From NCBI GenBank assembly GCA_022562915.1, contig JADFOJ010000001.1:51096-115095 (forward strand): a stretch of 64,000 nt of DNA. The letters run 5' to 3'. This DNA comes from Planctomycetota bacterium (GTDB taxonomy: Bacteria > Planctomycetota > Phycisphaerae > Phycisphaerales > SM1A02). Both the position numbers and the translations under genes were made by a program. The notes below the pieces were generated by a model. That model saw only the letters and a program-made list of their open reading frames with translations. It did no database searches and had not been told where the DNA came from. Shown piece after piece: positions 1 through 7,899 of the stretch (within the stretch, counting starts at the first letter, position 1; the number at the start of each line of letters is the position of its first letter).

Positions 1-860
1 GCTCCACGGTGCTGGGGACCGCCAACGTGATGTCCGCGGCCACGTTGGCACGCGGCCGGACGGTCATCGAGTCCGCCGCCTGCGAACCGGAGATCGCCGA
101 CCTCGCGGAGCTGCTCAACGCGATGGGCGCCCGGATCACCGGGGCGGGGACGCCGCGGCTCATCATCGACGGCGTGGACGAGCTGGGTCCCGCCGACCAC
201 AGGGTCATACCCGACCGGATCGTGGCAAGCACCTACGCGGTCGCCGCGGCGATCACCAACGGCGACGTCACGCTCAACGACTTCCCCTACGACAACCTGC
301 TCGCGGTCATCGACCGGCTGAGCCAGATGGGCGTACGCGTCGAGCGTCATCACCCCGACGAAGACCCCCGGCGATGCACCGTCCAGGTCACCACGCAGCG
401 CGTGCTGCGGCCCGTGATGATCACGACCCAGCCATACCCCGGCTATCCCACGGATCTACAGGCCCAGATGATGGCGCTGCTGTGCCTCGCCGAGGGCAAC
501 AGCATGATCGCCGAGAAGATCTACCCGGAGCGCTTCATGCACGTCGCGGAGCTCGCCCGGATGGGTGCGCAACTGTTCCGCCAGGGACCGACCGTCATGA
601 TCCAGGGCGTCAAGCGTCTCGTCGGGGCGCCGGTCATGGCCAGCGACCTGCGCGGTTCGGCATGCCTCGTACTGGCCGGACTGGCCGCCGAGGGCACGAC
701 CACCGTCAGCAGGGTCTATCACCTCGATCGCGGCTACGCCCGCATGGAAGAGACGCTCAATGCCCTGGGTGCGAAGATCGAACGGTTCAACGCCGATGTC
801 CCGGAGCCGGCCGATCAGCCCGTGCCGATGCCGGCGCAGCTCGTCGAGATTTTTCGTTGA
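1..860 (+). CDS. murA: UDP-N-acetylglucosamine 1-carboxyvinyltransferase, C-terminal part (5' end outside window)
   Basis: Frame is open to the window edge. Translation carries MurA-type segments (YPGYPTDLQAQMMALL, MASDLRGSACLVLAGLAAEGTT, HLDRGYARMEETLNALGAKIER). Stop TGA at 858-860. Confidence 0.9.
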   Translation, partial: STVLGTANVMSAATLARGRTVIESAACEPEIADLAELLNAMGARITGAGTPRLIIDGVDELGPADHRVIPDRIVASTYAVAAAITNGDVTLNDFPYDNLLAVIDRLSQMGVRVERHHPDEDPRRCTVQVTTQRVLRPVMITTQPYPGYPTDLQAQMMALLCLAEGNSMIAEKIYPERFMHVAELARMGAQLFRQGPTVMIQGVKRLVGAPVMASDLRGSACLVLAGLAAEGTTTVSRVYHLDRGYARMEETLNALGAKIERFNADVPEPADQPVPMPAQLVEIFR

Positions 861-863
861 CTG

Positions 864-930
864 GGTGGCACGGTCGAGCGAGCGAAGCGAGTTCGCCCGT
901 GTTGGACGTCGCTCCACGGGCGACGCCGCT
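864..930. repeat. Palindromic element family, copy E1 (truncated: left arm plus inner hairpin)
   Basis: Sequence ggtggcacggtcgagcgagcgaagcgagttcgcccgtg / ttggacgtcgct / ccacgggcga. The right outer arm is absent. Lies between convergent murA and the lipoprotein gene. Confidence 0.8.
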
Positions 931-1534
931 ACTTCAGCCAGGTCACGCTCCACCGAAGCGACCCCGTCTCCGCCAGGGCGGTGTCCACGGAAATCAGCAA
1001 CTCCACGGTGTTGTCCCTGCTCGACGGAAACACGCCCGAGAGACGAGGCGCTACTCCAGTGCTGACCACATCGCTCGGCAGTTCGATCACCATCTTGAAG
1101 GTCGAGCCGAGCGACTTCAACCTGCCGTCGCGGTCGAACGCCCGCGCCGATTGGACGCGCTGGTCCGGAGTCATCGGCGAGATCATCTTCGTCCACCGTG
1201 CCTCCGCGCCGAGCGGCACCACCACGTCAAGGCTCACCATGCCTGACGCGGAGACGTTCTGATCGAACGAGATGCCCCCCACCACCAGTTGAGAGAGCAC
1301 AGCGAAAGACCCCGACACGGCGGTGATCGTGACGCGATCCGACCAGGTCGCGCCCACGGTCCCGGCCTCGATGCCGCTGCGCTGGTCGGGCACCGACACG
1401 GCGCTTGCCATGATCGTGCCCGATCCGTCCGCGTTGATCGAGACCCTGATCGACGTCAGGTCCTCCTCGCCGCACCCGGCCAGCAACAACCCGAGCCCGA
1501 CCGCGGTGACGGCACGCCATTTCGCGTTTATCAT
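929..1534 (-). CDS. Hypothetical lipoprotein
   Basis: ATG at 1534. N-terminus MINAKWRAVTAVGLGLLLAGCGEE has a signal peptide plus lipobox. The upstream part of the 343-aa ORF is R/S/T-rich and not protein-like. No family recognised. Confidence 0.6.
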   Translation of the reverse strand: MINAKWRAVTAVGLGLLLAGCGEEDLTSIRVSINADGSGTIMASAVSVPDQRSGIEAGTVGATWSDRVTITAVSGSFAVLSQLVVGGISFDQNVSASGMVSLDVVVPLGAEARWTKMISPMTPDQRVQSARAFDRDGRLKSLGSTFKMVIELPSDVVSTGVAPRLSGVFPSSRDNTVELLISVDTALAETGSLRWSVTWLK

Positions 1535-1571
1535 GACGGCCCAGCATACAGTGTCGCCCGGAGATGCGCTC

Positions 1572-2021
1572 ATGCATGACAGGTCAGTGCCGGGCTCGGT
1601 TTCTCTGCTGCTGGCGATACTGCTGGGGCTTGGATGCTCCCGGTCGAACACCTCCAGGCCGATGACGGTCGCCGTGCGGGACAAGCTGACGCATCTGCCG
1701 GTGGAGTCGGCGCTCGTCGACGCCCGCACCCTCCATTTCTTCGTTGCGACGGACATCCCGCTGCTGGGGCGGGATGCGATCCTGGATCCCTCTCCGCCCG
1801 CTTCGGTGCGCGGAATGACCGGGCCGGACGGCACGGTCCGGCTCAACGTGGTCCAGAGGCACCCTGTCCGGATCATCGTGGTCGCGCCGGGGTACCTCGT
1901 GCAGGTGGTGGACCTCGTCACACACCCTGCCCGGAGCGGCCCCGGCGACTGGCTCGACACCGACCTTGGACCACAGGAACCCGCTGGAGCACGGCGCGTC
2001 GAGGTGCGGTTCCTGCCGTGA
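1572..2021 (+). CDS. Hypothetical lipoprotein
   Basis: ATG at 1572. MHDRSVPGSVSLLLAILLGLGCSRS has a signal peptide plus lipobox. High third-position GC. Divergent from the previous gene with only a 37-bp gap. Confidence 0.55.
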   Translation: MHDRSVPGSVSLLLAILLGLGCSRSNTSRPMTVAVRDKLTHLPVESALVDARTLHFFVATDIPLLGRDAILDPSPPASVRGMTGPDGTVRLNVVQRHPVRIIVVAPGYLVQVVDLVTHPARSGPGDWLDTDLGPQEPAGARRVEVRFLP

Positions 2022-2128
2022 ACGGAGTGAGAGAAAATAGACCGGGACTAATTTCCGGGCTGCGGTCACCGCGCAGCGGCGGGCTGCCGGCCGGAAATTA
2101 GTCCCGGTCTATTTTCTCTCACTCCGTT
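2021..2128. repeat. Perfect 38-bp inverted repeat (arms 2021-2058 and 2091-2128) with a 32-nt loop; bidirectional terminator or MITE-like element
   Basis: Left arm aacggagtgagagaaaatagaccgggactaatttccgg is the exact reverse complement of ccggaaattagtcccggtctattttctctcactccgtt. The loop has its own stem gctgcg/cgcagc. The right arm overlaps the last 10 nt of the MCE gene. Confidence 0.9.
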
Positions 2129-3351
2129 CGCAGCACGTCCAGCAGATCCTGCTGGGCGCCTTCGTAGCCCTGGATCGAATCGATCAGGTTGCGAGTCATC
2201 CGGTCGAAGCGCTGCGCGTCGACATCGCCCAGATGGTCACCGTACCTGGCGAGGACGCGTTCGACCGAGGCGGCCGAGGCTTTCAGGTCGGCGGCGGCGA
2301 AGGCGAAGGACCGCACCGCATCGTAGAGCAACTCATGCTCCAGCTCGTCCTGGCTGGGGCGGTACAGCAGCTTCCAGGGCCCGCGCCGCAACTCGATTGC
2401 GGTCAGCTTGACCTGCTGTGCAGTCAACCGGAGGTCGGCCATCGCTTCGGTAAGGTCGGGCACCCATTCGTCGACCGCATCGCCGACGTCTGCAAGGACC
2501 AGTGTCGCCCGGTCCATCGCCTCCAGGCCGGAGTCAAGCAGCCTGGCGACCTGCTCCATGCTCTCGGTTCGGAACCGGCTCATCACTTCCTGCATGTCGT
2601 GGCTGGCGAGTTCGAGGTTCGTGGCGACGGCGCCGATCGACTCGCGGTTGTCGTCGACGACACTGCGGGCGGCGGACATGAGCCACTCGCCGTCGGCGAT
2701 GATCCGATCCAGTTGATCGGTCGTGCCGGCGCCCCATTGCATGATGTGATCGATCCGCTTTGCCCAGCGCGGCCAGTCGGCCTCGTTGATCCGGCCCATC
2801 AGCGCCCGCGCGTCTGAGCTCGCCACGTTGATGTTCTCGACCGCGTCCGATGCATCGCTGAAAATCTTGTCGGCCTTCTGGGCGTTGTCCGCTCCCATCA
2901 ACGCGGTGAGAAGGCCCGGCGGGGAAGAACCCTGCATAGGGCCGGCCGACAACGGTTGTCCTGGATCTCCGACGCTGCTGATCTCCAGCCATGCGTCGGC
3001 ACCGATGAGCGCCGGCGTCACCAGCACCGCCGGCTTGTAGTAGAGCTCGATGGTCTCATCGAGGCTGAAGGTGACCAGGATCCGCTTCAGGGCCTTGCCG
3101 GGCGTGATGTCCGGAACAACCGACTCGACGACGCCCATCTCCACGCCGCCGACCCGCACCTGGGCGCCCTCCTTGAGGTTCTTCACGCCCTCGCTCACGT
3201 CGAAGACCACCATGTACGACTTGGGATTTCGCCTCATCGTCTCCACGACGTCCGTGAGCGCAATGATCGTCGCCACGGCGAGCAGCAGCGACGCCGTGAC
3301 GAAGACTCCGGCCCTGACGTTGTTGCGGCTGCGCTCGTTGGGACTCGCCAT
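2119..3351 (-). CDS. MCE/MlaD family protein
   Basis: N-terminal TM segment (VFVTASLLLAVATIIAL). It is followed by an MCE core (YMVVFDVSEGVKNLKEGAQVRVGGVEMGVVESV) and a long helical C-terminal region. Confidence 0.8.
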   Translation of the reverse strand: MASPNERSRNNVRAGVFVTASLLLAVATIIALTDVVETMRRNPKSYMVVFDVSEGVKNLKEGAQVRVGGVEMGVVESVVPDITPGKALKRILVTFSLDETIELYYKPAVLVTPALIGADAWLEISSVGDPGQPLSAGPMQGSSPPGLLTALMGADNAQKADKIFSDASDAVENINVASSDARALMGRINEADWPRWAKRIDHIMQWGAGTTDQLDRIIADGEWLMSAARSVVDDNRESIGAVATNLELASHDMQEVMSRFRTESMEQVARLLDSGLEAMDRATLVLADVGDAVDEWVPDLTEAMADLRLTAQQVKLTAIELRRGPWKLLYRPSQDELEHELLYDAVRSFAFAAADLKASAASVERVLARYGDHLGDVDAQRFDRMTRNLIDSIQGYEGAQQDLLDVLRTE

Positions 3352-3471
3352 GGTTGGACGCTCCGATGTCCGGGATCAATCGACAGGGCTACGGTCATAC
3401 CGCGCAGCCGTCGATTCGGCTAGGGCGCCCCGATCGGAATCCGGTATTTCAGCGTCTCGATCGCCGCGGGT

Positions 3472-4380
3472 TCACGTCGGCCGCGTCGACTCGACGGCCG
3501 GCCCGTCTTCAGCGCAGGAATCAGGCTCGACGCCGCCGAGCAGGTCCTCGGCATAGTTGGTCGCCGCCTTGCGGCGCGTGATCGGTCCCTCGGCGTCGCC
3601 GCGGATGAACTGCCGGATCGTCAACTGCCTGTCGTCGAGTTCGCCGACCCGGTCCTGCGGCCAGTCGCGGAGTTCCTCGAACGCCTCGCGGGTGTCGATC
3701 ATCAGCATTCGCCCGCCATCCAGCATGGCCATCCGGTCACCCACCGCGAAGGCCGAGTCCATCTCGTGGGTGACGACGATGCTGGTGACGCCCAGGTCCT
3801 TGGACAGGGCGATGATCAGGCGATCGATCTCGGCGGAGGTGACGGGATCGAGACCCGCCGACGGCTCGTCGTAGAACAGCACCTGCGGGTCGAGCGCCAG
3901 CGCCCGGGCCAGCCCGGCCCGCTTCTTCATGCCGCCCGATATCTGTGCGGGGTACTTGTCGGCGTGCTCCCGGAGACCGACCAGCTCCAGCTTGATCGTG
4001 ACAACGATGTCGATGATGTGTTCGTCGAGCATCGTGTGCTCCCGCAGGGGCAGCGCGACGTTCTCCGCCACGGTCATCGAGTTGAACAGCGCGCCGGACT
4101 GGAAGAGGATCCCGAACTTCTTGCGGGTCTCGTTCAGCTCGTCTTCATTCAGGGTTGCCAGGTCCTTGCCCAGCAGCTTCACGCATCCGGAGTTCGGGTA
4201 CAGCGACCCGATCATGTGCCGCAGGATCGTGGACTTGCCCGATCCGGAACCGCCCATGACGACCATCGTCTCCCCGGGCATGACGGTGAGGTTCACGCCG
4301 TTGAGGACCACCTGGTCGTCGAAGCTCTTGACCAGGTCGATGATCTCGACAACGGGTTCAACCTCGGGTTCAACGTCCAT
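3472..4380 (-). CDS. ABC transporter ATP-binding protein (MlaF-like)
   Basis: Walker A GGSGSGKST, signature LSGGMKKRAGLARAL, Walker B LFYDEPSAGLDP, H-loop VVTHE. Sits upstream of the MCE gene on the same strand. Confidence 0.9.
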   Translation of the reverse strand: MDVEPEVEPVVEIIDLVKSFDDQVVLNGVNLTVMPGETMVVMGGSGSGKSTILRHMIGSLYPNSGCVKLLGKDLATLNEDELNETRKKFGILFQSGALFNSMTVAENVALPLREHTMLDEHIIDIVVTIKLELVGLREHADKYPAQISGGMKKRAGLARALALDPQVLFYDEPSAGLDPVTSAEIDRLIIALSKDLGVTSIVVTHEMDSAFAVGDRMAMLDGGRMLMIDTREAFEELRDWPQDRVGELDDRQLTIRQFIRGDAEGPITRRKAATNYAEDLLGGVEPDSCAEDGPAVESTRPT

Positions 4381-4443
4381 TGCTCGCTCCGAGACGTGTG
4401 CGCCACCGGCGATGATCTCACTGTAGCAGGTCCGTACATAGTG

Positions 4444-4533
4444 GGTGGCACGGTCGACGGAGCAAAGCGACGTCGCCCGTGGTTGGACGTCACACCACGG
4501 GCGAGCTCGCTGCGCTCGCTCGACCGTGCCACC
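4444..4533. repeat. Palindromic element family, copy E2 (full)
   Basis: ggtggcacggtcgacggagcaaagcgacgtcgcccgtgg / ttggacgtcaca / ccacgggcgagctcgctgcgctcgctcgaccgtgccacc. Lies just upstream of the MlaF-like start. Confidence 0.85.
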
Positions 4534-4572
4534 CCCCCGTGCAACCGGGCGCTACTGTTGGGTTGGTCAACG

Positions 4573-5050
4573 ATGAGCGAACTCGCACCAGGACGGCCAA
4601 CGCCGCAGGACGCCCGCCGGACGGTCACCTGCATTCTCAACGACCTGCACGCCGGTCGCCGGGAGGCGTCCGATCAGGCATCGCCTGGCAGTACGCGGGC
4701 CTCGGCCAGCTCCATGAGGCGATGAACGTGGTCAAGGCAACGGGCCGACCGCTGCTTGAGGGTCTCGCGGGTTCGGACACCTGTTGCCCGTTCACACGGT
4801 TCGAGATCGACGCGCTCATCGCGATCCTCGACGACCCCCGGGTCGTCGAGGATCGCGGGACTTCGCGAGCATCATCATCCGGCGCCCCCACGCGTACTGG
4901 TTCCTCCGGGATATCGGCAGCAACGGCCGCACGAACCCGGGCATTCGCGCGACACCCGACGGGCTGTACATCAACGACGACGACGTCTTGCCGATCCCGA
5001 GCTTCTTCTTCCTCGACGCGGACCGCACCGTACTCGGCAACGTCGCCGGG
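4573..5050 (+). pseudogene. Frame-disrupted gene remnant (no intact ORF)
   Basis: Three successive plus-strand stretches look protein-like with high GC3 but sit in different frames. They are frame 1 (4573-4678), frame 3 (4680-4858) and frame 2 (4860-5050). The first reads MSELAPGRPTPQDARRTVTCILNDLHAGRREASDQ, like an ECF-sigma N-terminus. No stop ends the last stretch. Confidence 0.25.
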
Positions 5051-5160
5051 GCTTGCCGGCGGCGCGCGAAGAGGTGCTCGATCACATGGAGAACGCTGCA
5101 GCATCGTGGTACCGGATCGAAGGCACCCGACCACGAAGACATAGGGATTGCGTGCAGTAT

Positions 5161-7680
5161 CTACGGACACGCCGGTCCCCAGTTGGCGAGGAGAATGAGA
5201 AAGTCAGTGATCCCGACCAGGCGATCGCCGTCGAGGTCGGCGGGATGCCCGGGGTTGGGCCCCCAGGCCGCGAGCAGCAGGAGGAAGTCGGTGATGCCGA
5301 CGGTGCCGTCGCCGTCGATGTCGGCGGCTGCCGGCGGACCGCCGAGAGTTACGGTCACCACCACGGCGCCAGGTTCGACGCTCACGGTGACGCCCGGCGG
5401 TGCGTTGACCGTGCCGAAGGCGCCGGTGACGGACGAACCCGTCACGATCTGGAACTGCTGCCCGGCCAGGGGCTCCGAACCGGGCACCAGTGACACGTTC
5501 AGCGTCCCGGCGAGCGTGACCGCGCCACTGACGACCAGTGCGTCGCCGGTCGGGCAGGCCAGCTCGATATCCAGCGTTCCCAGGGCCGTCTGCACGTACG
5601 ACCCGTCCACGACGAGTTCGCCGATCGACAGGCCCGGTCGCACGGTGCCCGAACTGGTCAACGCCCCGGTCACGGTTCCGTCGCCCTCGAGAACGCTCTG
5701 GGCGTTGACCGAGACGATCGGCGCCGACGCCTCGCCACCGTCCACGAGCGTCAACGTCCCCTGGCCGAGGTTGCCGACGAGCAGGTGTTGCGTGTTGGCC
5801 CAGATGGAGCCCGCCCCGGAGATGGTGGCGGAGCCGTTGGAGCCGGGATCGTCGCCGAGCGTCCCGCGAACGCCCGAGACCGACGCGCCGCCGAACACGG
5901 TAAGGACTCCGGTGCCGAAATTTCCCACAAAGACGTCGACCGTGTCGGTCCAGGTCGATGTCGGGCCGCTGATCGTGGCGGTACCGATCGAACCGACCTC
6001 GTCGCCGAGCTTCACCTTCGCCGAGTTAACGGCGCCGCCGCCGGCGACGGTCACGGATCCCGACGAGAATTTCCCCACGAGCAGTTCCGCCTGGACGTTG
6101 AAGGTCGCGCCGGGACCGGTCACGAACACGGAGCCGTTGGAGCCGAGGTTGTCTCCGACGCGGGTGACGCCGGTGAAGGTCGCCGTCGCACCGTCGAGCA
6201 CACGCAGTACGCCCGTACCACCGTTGCCGAGGGACGCCGTCGCGCCGATGTTCCACGATGCGCCGGCGCCGCTCACGACGACGGTCCCGTTCGAACCGAG
6301 GTCGTCGGCGACGAACAGGCTCGGCGTCGAGACCGATCCACCGTCGGTGATATTGAGTGTCCCCGTGCCGATGTTGCCCACGAAGAGCGTCGCGATCGAG
6401 GTGAACGTGCTTCCGGGACCGTCGACGTTGATCGTACCGTTGGACGCGAACAGATCGCCGATCCGCACGAACTCGGTCGTCGCAATCGCCGAGCTGCCGC
6501 TCAGAATGTTGAGCACGCCCGTCGCGCTCTTGCCGACGATCATCTCCGGCGCCGACAGCGAGGCGCCGTTGGATGCGGTCACTGTGCCCGTTCCGGACAC
6601 CCCGACGGTCAGTTCGACGCTGTTGCTCCAGGACGTGCCGGCTCCGTCGACGACGGCCGTTCCCACACTGAAAAAGTCGTCGCCGACGCGGCTGACGACG
6701 CCCGAGACAGTCGCCGCCCCCGTAATGTGCAGGGTTCCGGCGCCCCCGTTACCCACCGAGACCGTCTGCGAGTCGGTCCAGGTGGTGGTCGGGCCGTCCA
6801 CGGTCATGGTCCCGTCCGCCGTGAGGTCGTTGCCGATCTTCACGCGCGAGGAGTTGAGTGTGGCGCCGTCGGTCACGGCGAGTGAACCGGTACCGGAGTT
6901 GCCGACGGTGATCGCCGCCGTCGCGGTCCAGATCGAGGTCGGCCCCTGCAGTGTCATCGCCCCGACCGCTGTGTCATTGTCGCCGATCCGCACCGGCGCC
7001 ATGCTGTTCATGAACCCGCCGTTGCTGATCGAGAGCGTCCCTGAGCCCTCATTGCCGACGCACACGCCGCTGGTGTGAGTCCAGGTGCTGCCCGGACCGT
7101 CGAGCATGACCGCGCCCGAAGATCCGAAGTCGTCACCGATGAGAACCAAGCCGGTCGTGGCGGTACCACCATTGCCGATCAGGAGCGTCCCGGTACCCGC
7201 GTCACCGACGATCAGGACGTCGTTGCTGACGAGCGACGCCCCGGTGGACACCACGAGCGTCCCGATGGCGCCGGGATCCTTGCCGATGCGAAACTTCAGC
7301 GTCGGCGGCAGCACGAGCGGCACGACGGTCAGCGTGCCGTTGAGCAACGTGAGCGTGCCGACGTCCAGCAGGTGGTCACCAACGATGGCCCCGTTGAGCG
7401 TGTACGACCCCAGGGCGAGGTCGAACGTGACGACGCCTTCGGACATGTTCATCAACTCGTTGGCGGTCGGCACGGTAAAAGCGATCCCGTAGGTGAGGTC
7501 GAGGTCGAAGATCGCCGTGTCGAGCAGTCCCGGCACCCCGATGGGTGTCCAGCTGGCGGCGGTACTGAACGTGCCACCCAGCGGGTCGATCCAGGTCCTC
7601 TCCAGGCCCCCGGCGAGTGCCGGCCTCCAGGACGCCAGCAAGACAACAGTCATGACGGTTGATCTGGTTATCGCAGCCAT
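5161..7680 (-). CDS. Secreted PATR-type (autotransporter-associated beta-strand) repeat protein with C-terminal dockerin-like module
   Basis: Signal peptide MAAITRSTVMTVVLLASWRPALAG. About a dozen 55-60-aa repeats of the form GTGTL.I..GG.V....IG....S.G.V.V.G.GS.W. C-terminus DIDGDGTVGITDFLLLLAAWG...DLDGDRLVGITDFLILLANWG. No beta-barrel translocator domain. Confidence 0.85.
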   Translation of the reverse strand: MAAITRSTVMTVVLLASWRPALAGGLERTWIDPLGGTFSTAASWTPIGVPGLLDTAIFDLDLTYGIAFTVPTANELMNMSEGVVTFDLALGSYTLNGAIVGDHLLDVGTLTLLNGTLTVVPLVLPPTLKFRIGKDPGAIGTLVVSTGASLVSNDVLIVGDAGTGTLLIGNGGTATTGLVLIGDDFGSSGAVMLDGPGSTWTHTSGVCVGNEGSGTLSISNGGFMNSMAPVRIGDNDTAVGAMTLQGPTSIWTATAAITVGNSGTGSLAVTDGATLNSSRVKIGNDLTADGTMTVDGPTTTWTDSQTVSVGNGGAGTLHITGAATVSGVVSRVGDDFFSVGTAVVDGAGTSWSNSVELTVGVSGTGTVTASNGASLSAPEMIVGKSATGVLNILSGSSAIATTEFVRIGDLFASNGTINVDGPGSTFTSIATLFVGNIGTGTLNITDGGSVSTPSLFVADDLGSNGTVVVSGAGASWNIGATASLGNGGTGVLRVLDGATATFTGVTRVGDNLGSNGSVFVTGPGATFNVQAELLVGKFSSGSVTVAGGGAVNSAKVKLGDEVGSIGTATISGPTSTWTDTVDVFVGNFGTGVLTVFGGASVSGVRGTLGDDPGSNGSATISGAGSIWANTQHLLVGNLGQGTLTLVDGGEASAPIVSVNAQSVLEGDGTVTGALTSSGTVRPGLSIGELVVDGSYVQTALGTLDIELACPTGDALVVSGAVTLAGTLNVSLVPGSEPLAGQQFQIVTGSSVTGAFGTVNAPPGVTVSVEPGAVVVTVTLGGPPAAADIDGDGTVGITDFLLLLAAWGPNPGHPADLDGDRLVGITDFLILLANWGPACP

Positions 7681-7899
7681 GTGAATCCTTCTCCGGTCGT
7701 GTCAACCGACGGACGCCCTTGCTCCAGAAGAGTGCCCCGGGGCCGGATGAAATACGCCCGGCCAAGTATCAAAGTGACCGAAAGGCCCAATATTCAGTGC
7801 TGGCGCTGGCTTTCCCGGGCGTGCCGTGGCATGCTGTGGCGGTGAAGGAGCCCCCGCCGGGGTGAACACCCGGTGGGCTGAAGGTAAGGGGAAGTGGAC

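Noticed and set aside
5100-5170. Minus-strand start of a sulfotransferase gene (NPYVFVVGCLRSGTTMLQR), overlapping the upstream stop by 10 nt.
   Set aside because: The match lasts about 23 residues with low GC3, and the frame then degenerates. The remaining space (about 600 bp) is too short, and the later partial motifs are in another frame. It is treated as part of the decayed region, not a gene.
4784-7078. 764-aa plus-strand ORF antisense to the PATR-repeat gene. Other very long antisense ORFs include 7702-9312 (-), 19621-22902 (+), 20807-22912 (-), 44245-46428 (+), 61082-63025 (+) and 56170-57750 (-).
   Set aside because: Their translations are Arg/Pro/Ala/Gly-rich low-complexity sequence without motifs. 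They mirror strongly supported genes on the opposite strand or in another frame. Long stop-free shadow frames are expected in GC-rich DNA.
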